64,000 nt of DNA from Candidatus Dojkabacteria bacterium (GCA_016927655.1 JAFGMG010000001.1:115599-179598); one strand, 5' to 3'; positions 48,430 to 58,221 are shown, numbered from the stretch's first letter. Numbers and translations are program-made. The notes: generated by a model not told the origin, from the sequence alone.

Positions 48430-49536
48430 CTATTTTTTCTTTCCCATAGACATGACTGCAAGGCCAACAACTCCGCCTACAAGCATGACACTGCATAGTA
48501 TCACTAGCCACCAGTAAGTCACGAGCAAAGTGATAAGTGCTACTATTATTGCAGAAACGACGCCAAAAACAATTGTCGTTACACATCCGATGATTTTATT
48601 CAACCCTGGTACAAGCTTTGTAAGTACTAGAACTGGCGCAACCAGCGCGCTGAAGCCTAGAGTCAGAAGCAGCCATGCGACGAATCTCAAACCCCATCTC
48701 ATAGCACTTTCTTCTCCTTGAAGCTTTGAGACTAATTCCGTATCGGATAAATTTGAAATCATAAATACATCTCCCCCGTCGATTTTCTTGTTGTGAATAT
48801 TACCAATTACTATCAAATCATCACTTGCTGGCACATAACTGACGATCATTTTTGTATCACCTACTTGTGCTGAAGGATTTTCGTAGATCTGCGGCGCACC
48901 AGCTCCTGGAATTACTACATCGGTAATAATTTCAGTCTGCATATCGAAACGCTTCCCAATATCAGTTGTATCAAGCGCAATGTCTCCCAGACTGAATTCT
49001 CCAAAGGTTTGTGTAGTTTCCTTTGTAACCCATTCTTCATATATATCAGTTTTTTCTGAAGTCTGTTCGATCTGATCGCCATTTTCATCAGTTACAGTTT
49101 CGGTACTCTCTGAAGTCTGCTTGACTTGCTCATACATCTGATATTCAACTTCCAGATAAAGCGCTTCTTTATCGAAAATGTATGGAGTTTGCACACCATA
49201 AGCATCTTTAACAATATATTCCAGGCTGGCCTGTGAAGATAAAACTGCACTTCCTTCAACTTTTACCAGTTCGTCTTTATCCCCTGCCTCCTCAATGCTG
49301 AGCAAGTCAAGTTTTTCGATAGTTTTCGAATCATCTGAAACAGCTACAACACCGGCAATAATTATCCCGAATCCGATAACCAGCATCACACAGCCTCCAA
49401 CCATGCCGGTTATGCTTTTTGATAAATCTCCAAAGAACCCGCCGATTTTGCCAAGTGGTCCCGCCTTTCTCACGACTTTTGAAGAAACAATCCTTTCTGA
49501 ACTTGCACGCAGATCGTGGCCAGCCATATTTTTCAA
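48430..49536 (-). CDS. TMEM43-like membrane protein
   Basis: N-terminal TM, large loop with LVKVEG and QMYE, then RWGLRFVAWLL and three TMs. Confidence 0.6.
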   Translation of the reverse strand: MKNMAGHDLRASSERIVSSKVVRKAGPLGKIGGFFGDLSKSITGMVGGCVMLVIGFGIIIAGVVAVSDDSKTIEKLDLLSIEEAGDKDELVKVEGSAVLSSQASLEYIVKDAYGVQTPYIFDKEALYLEVEYQMYEQVKQTSESTETVTDENGDQIEQTSEKTDIYEEWVTKETTQTFGEFSLGDIALDTTDIGKRFDMQTEIITDVVIPGAGAPQIYENPSAQVGDTKMIVSYVPASDDLIVIGNIHNKKIDGGDVFMISNLSDTELVSKLQGEESAMRWGLRFVAWLLLTLGFSALVAPVLVLTKLVPGLNKIIGCVTTIVFGVVSAIIVALITLLVTYWWLVILCSVMLVGGVVGLAVMSMGKKK

Positions 49537-49548
49537 TTAAAAAATAAA

Positions 49549-50034
49549 TTAAGAATCAAGATACTTATTTAGAATATATTGCTTAAGTTTAAAGTATCCC
49601 TTTTCCCTTATTCCTATTATTTCATAATTAAGCTTTTGATAAAAGCTTTTCATATTTTCGAAGCAATATAGCTCAACCACGTGACCATTTTTTGAAATAA
49701 CAAAATCCTCATAGTAGGCAACAAGCTTGCTTCCAATTCCCTTATTCTGCAGTTCTTTCACAACTTTTAGCCAGCTGATAAACCCAAGCCCGGCGTATGT
49801 CGAATTACCCCAGATAAAGCCTGCTAACTTTTCACCAGCAAAAGCACCAAATATTGCGATCTTTGGGAAAAGTAGATTTGACTGAATGTTCTGACGGGTG
49901 TAATCATGCGAGAGGAAAAAGTCACTTTTAGAGGCAATCTCTGGAATATCGACCTTGAGCATTTCTTCGAAAATCGGATAAAATTCATCCAGATCCTGCG
50001 CTCCGAGCCTTCGAATTACTATTTCCTGCTCCAC
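49549..50034 (-). CDS. GNAT acetyltransferase
   Basis: LQNKGIGSKL (Q/RxxGxG), FYQKLNY. Confidence 0.88.
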   Translation of the reverse strand: MEQEIVIRRLGAQDLDEFYPIFEEMLKVDIPEIASKSDFFLSHDYTRQNIQSNLLFPKIAIFGAFAGEKLAGFIWGNSTYAGLGFISWLKVVKELQNKGIGSKLVAYYEDFVISKNGHVVELYCFENMKSFYQKLNYEIIGIREKGYFKLKQYILNKYLDS

Positions 50035-50918
50035 TTAAGGTCTTTAATAACTGGGATTTTTCTTATAGAGAAATAGAAAATGTCTATCAAGTCAGCGAAC
50101 ATAAACGTTTCGACCAGAGTATTTAGCCCAAGAAAACTTAGAAGTAAAATTACTGCAGCTGATATATCATTTGAAACTAAAACCAGCGGCATAAAAATTA
50201 TTATTGAAAACAATCCGACAATTACAAAATTCCTGTCATATTTTAAGATAAATTCTCGTATAAATTTCGGGAAGTCATCCTGAGAATGCGCTTTTGCGGC
50301 CAAGTTGATCTTGAAAAGCAGCAGCATATCTACAAGCAGCCTGCCCACACTCAAAGTCAAAAACAGACTGATAATCTCATTGGTAAGAGGGAACAATCTA
50401 GACAAATTAAACAGTATTGAAACAAAAACCAAAATTTCAATAACATTTTGCACAAGGAAAGCAAAAAGCAAAGCATATCTATTTCTGCTTTTTTCGATGT
50501 TATTTAATAATATATACTGAAAAATAAGATACATCGGTAAAGCAAATCCCACAAAATATTTAATCCCGGTATAATTTTTTGCCACCAGATTATTTTCTTT
50601 TATTTGAGTATTTACAAATCCCTCAAGCTCCGAATATCTGTTCGTAATTGACTCATTATCTGTATCCAGATCAACAAAATCCACTATCACCTGGGAACTG
50701 TTTATTTTTTCGATTCTGTCATAACCACCGATATTCTTTGTCAAATCCACTACCTGATCCAGATCAACATCAGTGGAAAAATTAAGTTCGACCCTTTTCG
50801 TTCCGGCAAAATCGCTTGAAAGGGTCGGTTTGATCAAAACAATTACTGCTATGGAAACTGCCAATGCAGCAAAAAGCACAAAGTATTTTATAATTTCTAT
50901 TTTCTTTCCTTTTTCCAT
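50019..50918 (-). CDS. secF: Divergent SecF
   Basis: SSDFAGT after TM1, one loop plus five more TMs; directly downstream of the secD-like gene. Confidence 0.65.
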   Translation of the reverse strand: MEKGKKIEIIKYFVLFAALAVSIAVIVLIKPTLSSDFAGTKRVELNFSTDVDLDQVVDLTKNIGGYDRIEKINSSQVIVDFVDLDTDNESITNRYSELEGFVNTQIKENNLVAKNYTGIKYFVGFALPMYLIFQYILLNNIEKSRNRYALLFAFLVQNVIEILVFVSILFNLSRLFPLTNEIISLFLTLSVGRLLVDMLLLFKINLAAKAHSQDDFPKFIREFILKYDRNFVIVGLFSIIIFMPLVLVSNDISAAVILLLSFLGLNTLVETFMFADLIDIFYFSIRKIPVIKDLKWSRK

Positions 50919-52342
50919 GAAGTATTCTGCATAAAAATAAACTGTAACAGGAAAATCTCAGTAAAGACATATAATTGCAGCATCGAAACAAATATTAGTA
51001 CTCCAAATGCTCCGGCGAACTGATCCACTACAAAAAGATTTATAACCGATGCAAAGAAAACAACAACAAGTGCTAAAAAGTGTGCGTTTCTGTAATATTC
51101 CCGGACCTCCTGAATCTTCTCCATAAGAACTTTCATTTTACCGCTGGTATCAAGCCTTCTTATAAATATAAGGTTTAGCAGCAATATAAATAAGACCCCA
51201 AGAAGAATTCCTGAGACCAGTGAGAGTGAAAGCTTGGTCCCAAAAAGTTTCATCAAAGCAATTCCCCAGATCAAGTTGACCAGCAAATATAACACTTGAT
51301 AAATACCAAGCCAGTTGTATCTGTAAATCAAAATTATCGAAAGGAACCCAAACATTAAAATAAGCGCAAGTTTAATATTATTCATATAGTCAGTTCCAAG
51401 TATAGGCTCAACTTCTTCTACCGCCTGGAGATTAAACTGGCTGTCCAGTTCTCCGGTTCGGAAAACTGCTCCTACTGCATCATTAATTGCAAAATTGTCT
51501 CCTACAAGGGAAGACATATACATAACCGGCTTGGAATCTTCTTTATCAGTATTTTCAAGCTGATATGAGCGCGTTGCTATCGGCTGACCGTCAATTACAA
51601 GCATTGTTCCTCTATAAGTCTCTGTCTGGGTCGCAATTAGTATTGGTAGCAATGCATCTGATGAGAATGTCATCTTGAACCCATATCCCCCGGCTTTTTG
51701 GCTGTAAAGAGACGACAGATCGACAATTTGATCTTTATTCAACTCAACTGCGATCATTCCAGTGAAAAAGCTAAACGAATCTTCTTCGGTTGCTGTTTCC
51801 GGATCATAGGCAGGGTCCTGGCTCCAAAGCTCTATCACACCCTGGCTTGCTAGCAGCTGCAATATCTGTTCATCATCTTCAAGATTTTTTGAGATGGTCA
51901 GTTCCAGCTGGAGAATGCTTTCATTTTCTAGAGACCATCTCAGTTCAAAGTCCTGATAGCCATAGTGCTCTAGCCTCGCGCCGAATTTCTCTGCGTTTGA
52001 TTTAGCTTTTGCCTGATAATCTATTTGAATGGCCGGCTCTTCCTCATTATTTTGAGAATCTGCTGCAGCACCTTCGATATCTGCCTCAGGACTTGCCTCA
52101 GGGAGAACTTCGCCAATTGATAAATCTGCGGAAAATATGTACTTCTTCCCGCCATGAAGTTCTAGTGAATCTCCGAATTGCAATTCTCCTTTGTATTTAT
52201 CATTGGTGATTGTGGCAAGATTTAGACCGTTCCAATCGATTGTCTGGCCCAGAAGTTTGATATTTGAAGCCGGCCAGGCAAATACTGCGATGATTGCTGT
52301 CAAAATTATAAATAGTATTGCCAATGTGTTTCGTATTCGCAT
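50897..52342 (-). CDS. secD: Divergent SecD
   Basis: FGDSLELHGG (cf. LGLDLxGG), LVIDGQPI, RTGEL...VEPILG, LIYRY, KLSL. Confidence 0.75.
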   Translation of the reverse strand: MRIRNTLAILFIILTAIIAVFAWPASNIKLLGQTIDWNGLNLATITNDKYKGELQFGDSLELHGGKKYIFSADLSIGEVLPEASPEADIEGAAADSQNNEEEPAIQIDYQAKAKSNAEKFGARLEHYGYQDFELRWSLENESILQLELTISKNLEDDEQILQLLASQGVIELWSQDPAYDPETATEEDSFSFFTGMIAVELNKDQIVDLSSLYSQKAGGYGFKMTFSSDALLPILIATQTETYRGTMLVIDGQPIATRSYQLENTDKEDSKPVMYMSSLVGDNFAINDAVGAVFRTGELDSQFNLQAVEEVEPILGTDYMNNIKLALILMFGFLSIILIYRYNWLGIYQVLYLLVNLIWGIALMKLFGTKLSLSLVSGILLGVLFILLLNLIFIRRLDTSGKMKVLMEKIQEVREYYRNAHFLALVVVFFASVINLFVVDQFAGAFGVLIFVSMLQLYVFTEIFLLQFIFMQNTSWKKERK

Positions 52343-52380
52343 AAATGGATTTTAGCAGAAAGTGTGCAGGGGTGGAATGC

Positions 52381-52409
52381 TTGACAGGGTTTTTTGTATA
52401 TATTAGAAT
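52381..52409 (+). promoter_or_regulatory. Consensus sigma70 promoter
   Basis: TTGACA-17 nt-TAGAAT. Confidence 0.75.
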
Positions 52410-52415
52410 GCGGTC

Positions 52416-52596
52416 ACGCATATGAGGCGGATATATAGATTATATAAAGGATAATATGCAAAGCAATTTATTTATGCGCAATCTCTTTATTGTGATTATC
52501 AGGGCAGGACTCTGGGATATCGCAAGCATGGAGGCATAAATAAATTAGAAAAAAATCTAAATTATTAAATCAGACCTCCAGAAACGGAGGTTTTTT
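52416..52596 (+). ncRNA. Putative ~180-nt structured RNA or leader (6S-like or attenuator)
   Basis: Bounded by a promoter and a terminator; perfect 13-bp stem 52465-52477/52534-52546 enclosing further pairing. Confidence 0.45.
52574..52596 (+). terminator. Intrinsic terminator
   Basis: ACCTCC-AGAAAC-GGAGGT followed by TTTTT. Confidence 0.7.
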
Positions 52597-52597
52597 A

Positions 52598-52960
52598 TTG
52601 TGGATGAAAAGCCGGATCAATCCAAATTATAGAGAATGTGAATATTGTGCCAGTCCTATGGCCCTTGTCGGAGATCAAGATCATCACGGGGTTACTGACA
52701 CATACGAATGCCATTGCAACCAATGCCGATATGCAATCGATGTAGCAACATGGGAGCCCTGGGTGCTCCCGACAGAAGAGAAACTGAAAGAAATGAATGT
52801 TTTTGATAGTGTTGTTGAGAAAGGACTGCCTTACACGCTTGGCAGCAATCCTGAATTTTATAATCGTGCAAAAAACACCCATCGCGGACTGCCGCCAGTA
52901 AAGCAAGAACCACTAGAGAAAATAACTGAATCTCATAACCCAGAACATCTTGCAATATAA
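52598..52960 (+). CDS. Hypothetical protein with putative zinc ribbon
   Basis: CEYC...CHCNQC; GGAGG 7 nt before the TTG start (ATG 52604 is an alternative). Confidence 0.55.
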   Translation: MWMKSRINPNYRECEYCASPMALVGDQDHHGVTDTYECHCNQCRYAIDVATWEPWVLPTEEKLKEMNVFDSVVEKGLPYTLGSNPEFYNRAKNTHRGLPPVKQEPLEKITESHNPEHLAI

Positions 52961-52984
52961 ATTATTTATTGAAAATTTTCGATT

Positions 52985-53401
52985 ATGACAATATATGTTG
53001 TAGAAAACACAGAAGAACGCAGAGCCTTAGCTGAGGCTTGTCCAATAAATAAAGAACCTGAATATCGTCCAACCGTCTATCCATGCATTCCCCTAAGCAA
53101 ATATACCGGGATGCTTGGACTTATCAGGGGATCAAGCAATATGGAAAGCCCGAAACAAGCAAGAAAACTAGGGAAGTCAGAAGCTTTAAGAATTTGCGGG
53201 GAATGCCCATTTAATATAGAAAACCCTGATGCAACGCCAGTTAAAGTAATTTCTGGATATGGCGTCCGCTGTCAAGGTCCTCAAGTTACTACTACTCAAG
53301 CAATGACTCCAAATGGGATGAAAATACTTCCCTTTATAATTCCACAGCCGACAGAATTAGAGGAAATACCTGATGAAGAAATTTTCGCCCCGGAGCCTTA
53401 G
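52985..53401 (+). CDS. Hypothetical Cys-containing protein
   Basis: ACP, PCIP, CGECPF, RCQG. Confidence 0.55.
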   Translation: MTIYVVENTEERRALAEACPINKEPEYRPTVYPCIPLSKYTGMLGLIRGSSNMESPKQARKLGKSEALRICGECPFNIENPDATPVKVISGYGVRCQGPQVTTTQAMTPNGMKILPFIIPQPTELEEIPDEEIFAPEP

Positions 53402-53415
53402 ACAAAATTGTATTT

Positions 53416-53443
53416 TTGACATTATAAGAATCTAATATATAAT
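53416..53443 (+). promoter_or_regulatory. Sigma70 promoter
   Basis: TTGACA-16 nt-TATAAT. Confidence 0.6.
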
Positions 53444-53467
53444 TACTGCGGGGTAAATATTTCAACA

Positions 53468-53707
53468 ATGAACGAACAAGATCCAGGAATTCAAAAACAA
53501 TTAGAAGCTGATGGCTTATTAGTCCAAAGACCGGATGGAAGTAGAGGGCTGGATCTGCTAGCTGCACAAGATTGTGCGGAATTACTCCTAAGACAAAATG
53601 AATATACTACTTCCGAGGCTCCTGCAGCAGAACTGTATGCGCGTGCACTTCCAGGTGAAAGACCGAAAGACCTAAAATTTGAGGAATCAACCTTTAGAGA
53701 GCCCTAG
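53468..53707 (+). CDS. Small acidic hypothetical protein
   Basis: 79-aa ORF directly after a consensus promoter. Confidence 0.5.
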   Translation: MNEQDPGIQKQLEADGLLVQRPDGSRGLDLLAAQDCAELLLRQNEYTTSEAPAAELYARALPGERPKDLKFEESTFREP

Positions 53708-53708
53708 A

Positions 53709-55724
53709 CTATCTAGCCCCGATACTCCCGCCACCACCACCGCCGCCTGAGAAACCACCACTAAACCCTCCTCCGCCAGACCAGCCGCCGCCGGAACTGC
53801 TGCCTGAACTATTTGGCATAGAGCTCATTGTGCTTGCTGAAACCCGGTTCATGTTCGAGAGAGAATTTGCAAGAAGGATTGAATTGAAAGTTCCGCTATC
53901 AGACTCGTACCAATCAGGCTTCCCATCATAAATCCCCTTAAATGCTTTTGCCCAGCTGTCCTCCACACCAAATACAATTGCATAGCTCAAGTATTTCTCG
54001 AAATTCTCCGAAGTCAAGTATTTCAAATATTTCGTACCTTCTTTTGCCAATCTGTAGCGCTCCGCCGTATGCAAAAACATCCTGAAGCCTTTTGCCTTTT
54101 CAAAGATTATCGTTCCTCTGGCAGTCTTGCTAGGCATAAAAGGCCCGACAACAAAGAATGATATCCCGGCTACAACCAGAATCATTGGCGGAATGACAGG
54201 CGGCACAACCCCCAGCATAAATAGAATCGGACCAAGGAATGCCGCCGCGAGCACAGTTAGAACAATGCCAATCACAAAGGAAAATATCCCGAGACCAATA
54301 TAAGAAAGACGCACAGTATTTGGATTATGATCAAAATACCCAAGTGTAACCATTTCCTGATAAATTGCCCGCTTGATATTTGGCAATTTCATATAGAATT
54401 TATTTTTCAATTCGTCAGTTGTAACAGTATCATCACTCTCAAAGATGTCTCCCAAAATCATCTGCTCGACATTTCCAAGATCAATAAAATTCTTCAGTTT
54501 TATAAACTCATATTTCTTCTTGGAAATTTCTCTGATTTTGACATATCCCCTATAAGCAGCATCTATCAAAGTAGAAGTTATATCGACCATATCAACCTTT
54601 TCGTCTTTTACTGAGCCTAATAAATACGGCCTTATATCCTCAGGCGGCTTGAACCACGGCACAATAGTTCCCCTGCCCCCGATATCTCTTCCTTTATTTC
54701 TCCAGCGCAAAAACACAAGAAATACTGTAAAAGGAATGAAAACGCAGGAAAGAAGGTTTAGACAGATCATACTATAAGACAAAGTCTTGGCCCATGAAGT
54801 TTGATCCAATTTGATTGACAGATCCTGTATTTTGCCTGGTGTAATCGGAACCTCTAAACTTTCAGATTCAAATCCAAGTTTGGAAAATTTAATTTCATAA
54901 TCACCCTCAGGCAGTCCTGCGATCACATCGCCGCTAGACATTTCCCTTTCAACCCCAAGATAAGAAACTGTTTGCAAAGAAGGGTCTAAAGTTAGATTGA
55001 TCTTGCCAGGCTCATCAACAGAGTCATAAGGCAGTTTCAGAAGAACAGTAAAATCCTCATAAACAGCCATGTTTTCAACAGAAAGCACTAGATTGTCAGG
55101 ATTGATCTCATAATTATAATTTCCGACGAAACCCACAACATCAAAATCGTCTTCCACAATAGCAATATCATCCGGGAAATTTATCGTTACTTCAGCTTTT
55201 TTGAAGTCTTTTGTTCTCTGCTCAGGAAGCGTATTCCAATAGAAAAGCACATAATCCTCGTCTTCAAAAAAGCCCAGTCCGCCAAATACGGTATAACTGA
55301 TCTCCCAGGTTACTTCATCACCATTAAATGTCTTCGGACCAAAAGCGTATTCGATATTTTGAGTCCTTTCAGAATATCCTGTCGTAATAAATAGATCCAG
55401 ATCACTCACAGGAACTTCAACGCCATTATATTTAGAGCCGGTGATTTGAAGTGTATCAAATCCGCCGCATTGCAAAGAAGGATCACTTTGGCAAAGCCTT
55501 ACATTTTCGTAGTCCTCAAGTGTAATCCCACGCTCAAGCACTGAGAATTCCCCAGTAAATCTATAAGTCACTTTTTCTGTGATATCCATTGTGGAATCTT
55601 GATTTACATCAATTTCCACTTCGAAATTTTCGAAAGAGTAGTCTTTGGCCTGAGCAGAAGATTTATCCAAAGCAGACCAACCAAACCCTAGAAGCAGTAT
55701 TGCAGCAAACAGAAATCTTTTCAT
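53709..55724 (-). CDS. DUF2207 family membrane protein with a PEGA-like insert
   Basis: Signal peptide; ITEKVTYRF, YWN, FEKYLSYAIVFGV..WA..F, Gly/Ser-rich tail; follows lemA. Confidence 0.88.
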   Translation of the reverse strand: MKRFLFAAILLLGFGWSALDKSSAQAKDYSFENFEVEIDVNQDSTMDITEKVTYRFTGEFSVLERGITLEDYENVRLCQSDPSLQCGGFDTLQITGSKYNGVEVPVSDLDLFITTGYSERTQNIEYAFGPKTFNGDEVTWEISYTVFGGLGFFEDEDYVLFYWNTLPEQRTKDFKKAEVTINFPDDIAIVEDDFDVVGFVGNYNYEINPDNLVLSVENMAVYEDFTVLLKLPYDSVDEPGKINLTLDPSLQTVSYLGVEREMSSGDVIAGLPEGDYEIKFSKLGFESESLEVPITPGKIQDLSIKLDQTSWAKTLSYSMICLNLLSCVFIPFTVFLVFLRWRNKGRDIGGRGTIVPWFKPPEDIRPYLLGSVKDEKVDMVDITSTLIDAAYRGYVKIREISKKKYEFIKLKNFIDLGNVEQMILGDIFESDDTVTTDELKNKFYMKLPNIKRAIYQEMVTLGYFDHNPNTVRLSYIGLGIFSFVIGIVLTVLAAAFLGPILFMLGVVPPVIPPMILVVAGISFFVVGPFMPSKTARGTIIFEKAKGFRMFLHTAERYRLAKEGTKYLKYLTSENFEKYLSYAIVFGVEDSWAKAFKGIYDGKPDWYESDSGTFNSILLANSLSNMNRVSASTMSSMPNSSGSSSGGGWSGGGGFSGGFSGGGGGGGSIGAR

Positions 55725-55741
55725 CGATAGTTCTATACTAA

Positions 55742-56323
55742 TTATTTCTCCTCTTCGTCAGTGAAGCTCACTTTTACATTCTTTCTCTCTTCTTCACTGG
55801 ATTCAAAGAACTTCTTAGAATTAAACCCAAGCATTCCAGCGACCATATTTGCAGGAAAAACCTGAATTTTCATATTGTAATCCCGGACAGCTCCATTGTA
55901 GTATCTTCTAGCACTTTCAATCTCAGTTTCAATTTCTTTCAAAGTATTTTGCAGATTCAAGAAGTTCTGATCTGCTTTCAATTCCGGATAGCTTTCTGCT
56001 ACAGCGAAAAGGGTCTTAAGTGTCGATCTCATTTCACCTTCTATTTTCCCCAATTCTTCAGGATCATTCGTTCCCATTGCCCGTGTCCGGAGTTCTGCAA
56101 CTTTCTCAAAAGTTCCTTTTTCGTGCTTTGCATAACCTTTGACAGTTTCAACAAGATTTGGAATCAAGTCGTACCTTTTTTTGAGCTGTACATCAATGCC
56201 GCTCCATGCTTCCTCAACTAGAACTCTAAGCCGGACAAGCCCGTTATACAGCATAAAAATATATCCAAGAACCCCAAGCACCAAAACTCCTACGACAGCC
56301 AAGCAAACAAGAAGAATTTCCAT
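55742..56323 (-). CDS. lemA: LemA family protein
   Basis: YNGLV, AWSGIDVQLKKRYDLIPNLVETVKGYAKHE, ESYPELKA, RRYYN. Confidence 0.96.
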   Translation of the reverse strand: MEILLVCLAVVGVLVLGVLGYIFMLYNGLVRLRVLVEEAWSGIDVQLKKRYDLIPNLVETVKGYAKHEKGTFEKVAELRTRAMGTNDPEELGKIEGEMRSTLKTLFAVAESYPELKADQNFLNLQNTLKEIETEIESARRYYNGAVRDYNMKIQVFPANMVAGMLGFNSKKFFESSEEERKNVKVSFTDEEEK

Positions 56324-56369
56324 AAAAATTTATTTAATAACTAATATTTACAGTATAGCCAAGAAATGG

Positions 56370-58208
56370 CTAAATCTCAATATGCCAGCTCGTTATACTG
56401 TCAAAACGATCTTCAAGAGAAACCATATTTTCCATCTCGATTCCTCTAACCCGATTATTCGCAATATAACTATAAACAGGATGGTATAGATAAATCACAG
56501 GCAACTCATCAAGAACAATTTCCTGGAAAATTTGATACTCCGGCTTGCGGTCAGATTCATTAAAAAGAGCCCTGCCTTTCTCCAATACATAATCAACTTC
56601 TGGAGGAGTTTCTTTCTTCCCGCCCCGAATAACTACAGTCGTCTTTTCTGATTTATAACTTGAAATGTTCAAATTTGGATAACCGATCTGCGAACTATGG
56701 AAAAGCTCGTATCTATCAGGATCGATAAACGTACTAACACCATAAAGAAGCATATCGAAATATCCTGGCAGCAAATAATCATTATTCACCTCAGCAATTG
56801 TTTTCGCGACAAGGTTTAGTTTTACCCCTATTTGTTCCAAATCTTCCTGGATCAAAACCGCAATTTTTTCCCTGTCTGAATTATCTACATACACCATGTC
56901 CAATTCCAATATCTCTCCTGCGCTATTCTGCCTATACACTTGACCTTCGGCCAGAATCCATCCTGCTTCATCAAGCAGCTGGCCGGCTTTAACTGGATCA
57001 TATACATTTCTGGCAAAATCTGTATAGGCAAAAGACGTTACTGGGATTGGACCATCTGCTGCGACCCCTGCTCCGGCCAGACTCTCTACCAGGAATTGCT
57101 TATTGATAGCGGAATCAACGGCTTTGCGGACCTTCTTTTCTTTCAGCGAAGCTTTACTTGATTCTGCCAGGTTAAAATAAATTCCCCAGTATTGATTGTA
57201 AATAACATTACTTGGATAAATGCCCAGATTTGAAAGTGCCGACAGCTCGTGCAAACCATCAGAATTAATACCAATTAGTGAATGTATTTGCCCGGTTTTT
57301 ATATCTGAAACTGCTCTTGTCTGGTCTTTATAAAGTCTGAAAATGAATCTGGAGAGTCTGGCTTGATCGCCGTAGTAATTTTTATTCCTTCTTAAAATTA
57401 CTTCCTCTCCTGATAATGAGCCGACCGTAAATGGGCCAGTACCAATTGGATTGGTATTAATTTTTGGTTCTGCGTAAATAATGTTTGTTGAATCTACATT
57501 TTCCAAAAGGTGTGCAGGCAAAATCTTGAATGAAATGACCTCAAAAAAATTCGGAATCACTGAGCCTTCCTCCTTCAAAGAAAACTCGAGCCTGTAATCG
57601 TCGACTTTTGTAATTACGATTTTCGAGGCAGCTTTCGAATATACGCTTGAGGTCTGGTTCCCGAACTCCAGAGTTTCAAGTAGATTAAAAGTCGCAATCA
57701 CATCATCGGTAGTGAAATCTTCTCCGTCATGCCATTTAACCCCTTCGCGAATTTTAATTCTGAATTTCTTTCCATCACCTGCGTCAATCACACTTTCAGC
57801 AAGGACTTTTTTCAAGCTGCCATCTTGGTTCACCTTTATTAAAGGCTCATAGACAAGCTCAGCAATATCTCTTTTGAGCTGCATATTGGTGACTATTAGA
57901 GGGTTGATAAAATCAACCGTCTGGACTCCCCCATCTGGCTGCTGTCCGACAATCACCCCTTCAACCATCGTATCTGTATCGATCATCAAAACTGCAGATA
58001 TATCTCTTGAAACAAAAAATAGAAGTAAAGTCAGTAGAAAGAAGTTTAGAAAAAAATGGCTGAATGGTCTCGATTTCAAAAAAAACTGCCGGAACTGCGC
58101 AGCGAAAGACTCTTTCCCGACGAAGAATTTTTCCGGATAATCCCAGAAAAAGTCTCTAATCTTGATCAGGAAGTTTTCAATTTTTGAAAAAAGCCCAAAT
58201 AGTCCCAT
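56370..58208 (-). CDS. Peptide ABC transporter substrate-binding protein (family 5)
   Basis: INPL, KWHDGEDFTTDDV.AT, PIGTGPF, VRKAV..AI, LPVIYLY. Confidence 0.9.
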   Translation of the reverse strand: MGLFGLFSKIENFLIKIRDFFWDYPEKFFVGKESFAAQFRQFFLKSRPFSHFFLNFFLLTLLLFFVSRDISAVLMIDTDTMVEGVIVGQQPDGGVQTVDFINPLIVTNMQLKRDIAELVYEPLIKVNQDGSLKKVLAESVIDAGDGKKFRIKIREGVKWHDGEDFTTDDVIATFNLLETLEFGNQTSSVYSKAASKIVITKVDDYRLEFSLKEEGSVIPNFFEVISFKILPAHLLENVDSTNIIYAEPKINTNPIGTGPFTVGSLSGEEVILRRNKNYYGDQARLSRFIFRLYKDQTRAVSDIKTGQIHSLIGINSDGLHELSALSNLGIYPSNVIYNQYWGIYFNLAESSKASLKEKKVRKAVDSAINKQFLVESLAGAGVAADGPIPVTSFAYTDFARNVYDPVKAGQLLDEAGWILAEGQVYRQNSAGEILELDMVYVDNSDREKIAVLIQEDLEQIGVKLNLVAKTIAEVNNDYLLPGYFDMLLYGVSTFIDPDRYELFHSSQIGYPNLNISSYKSEKTTVVIRGGKKETPPEVDYVLEKGRALFNESDRKPEYQIFQEIVLDELPVIYLYHPVYSYIANNRVRGIEMENMVSLEDRFDSITSWHIEI

Positions 58209-58221
58209 AGAATTTTCAAAC

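Noticed and set aside
52412-52420. GGTCACGCA resembling the start of a c-di-GMP-I riboswitch
   Set aside because: The downstream GCAAA/GNRA/receptor elements are not present in the required arrangement.
53709-53830. GC-rich low-complexity tract
   Set aside because: It encodes the usual Gly/Ser tail of DUF2207 proteins.
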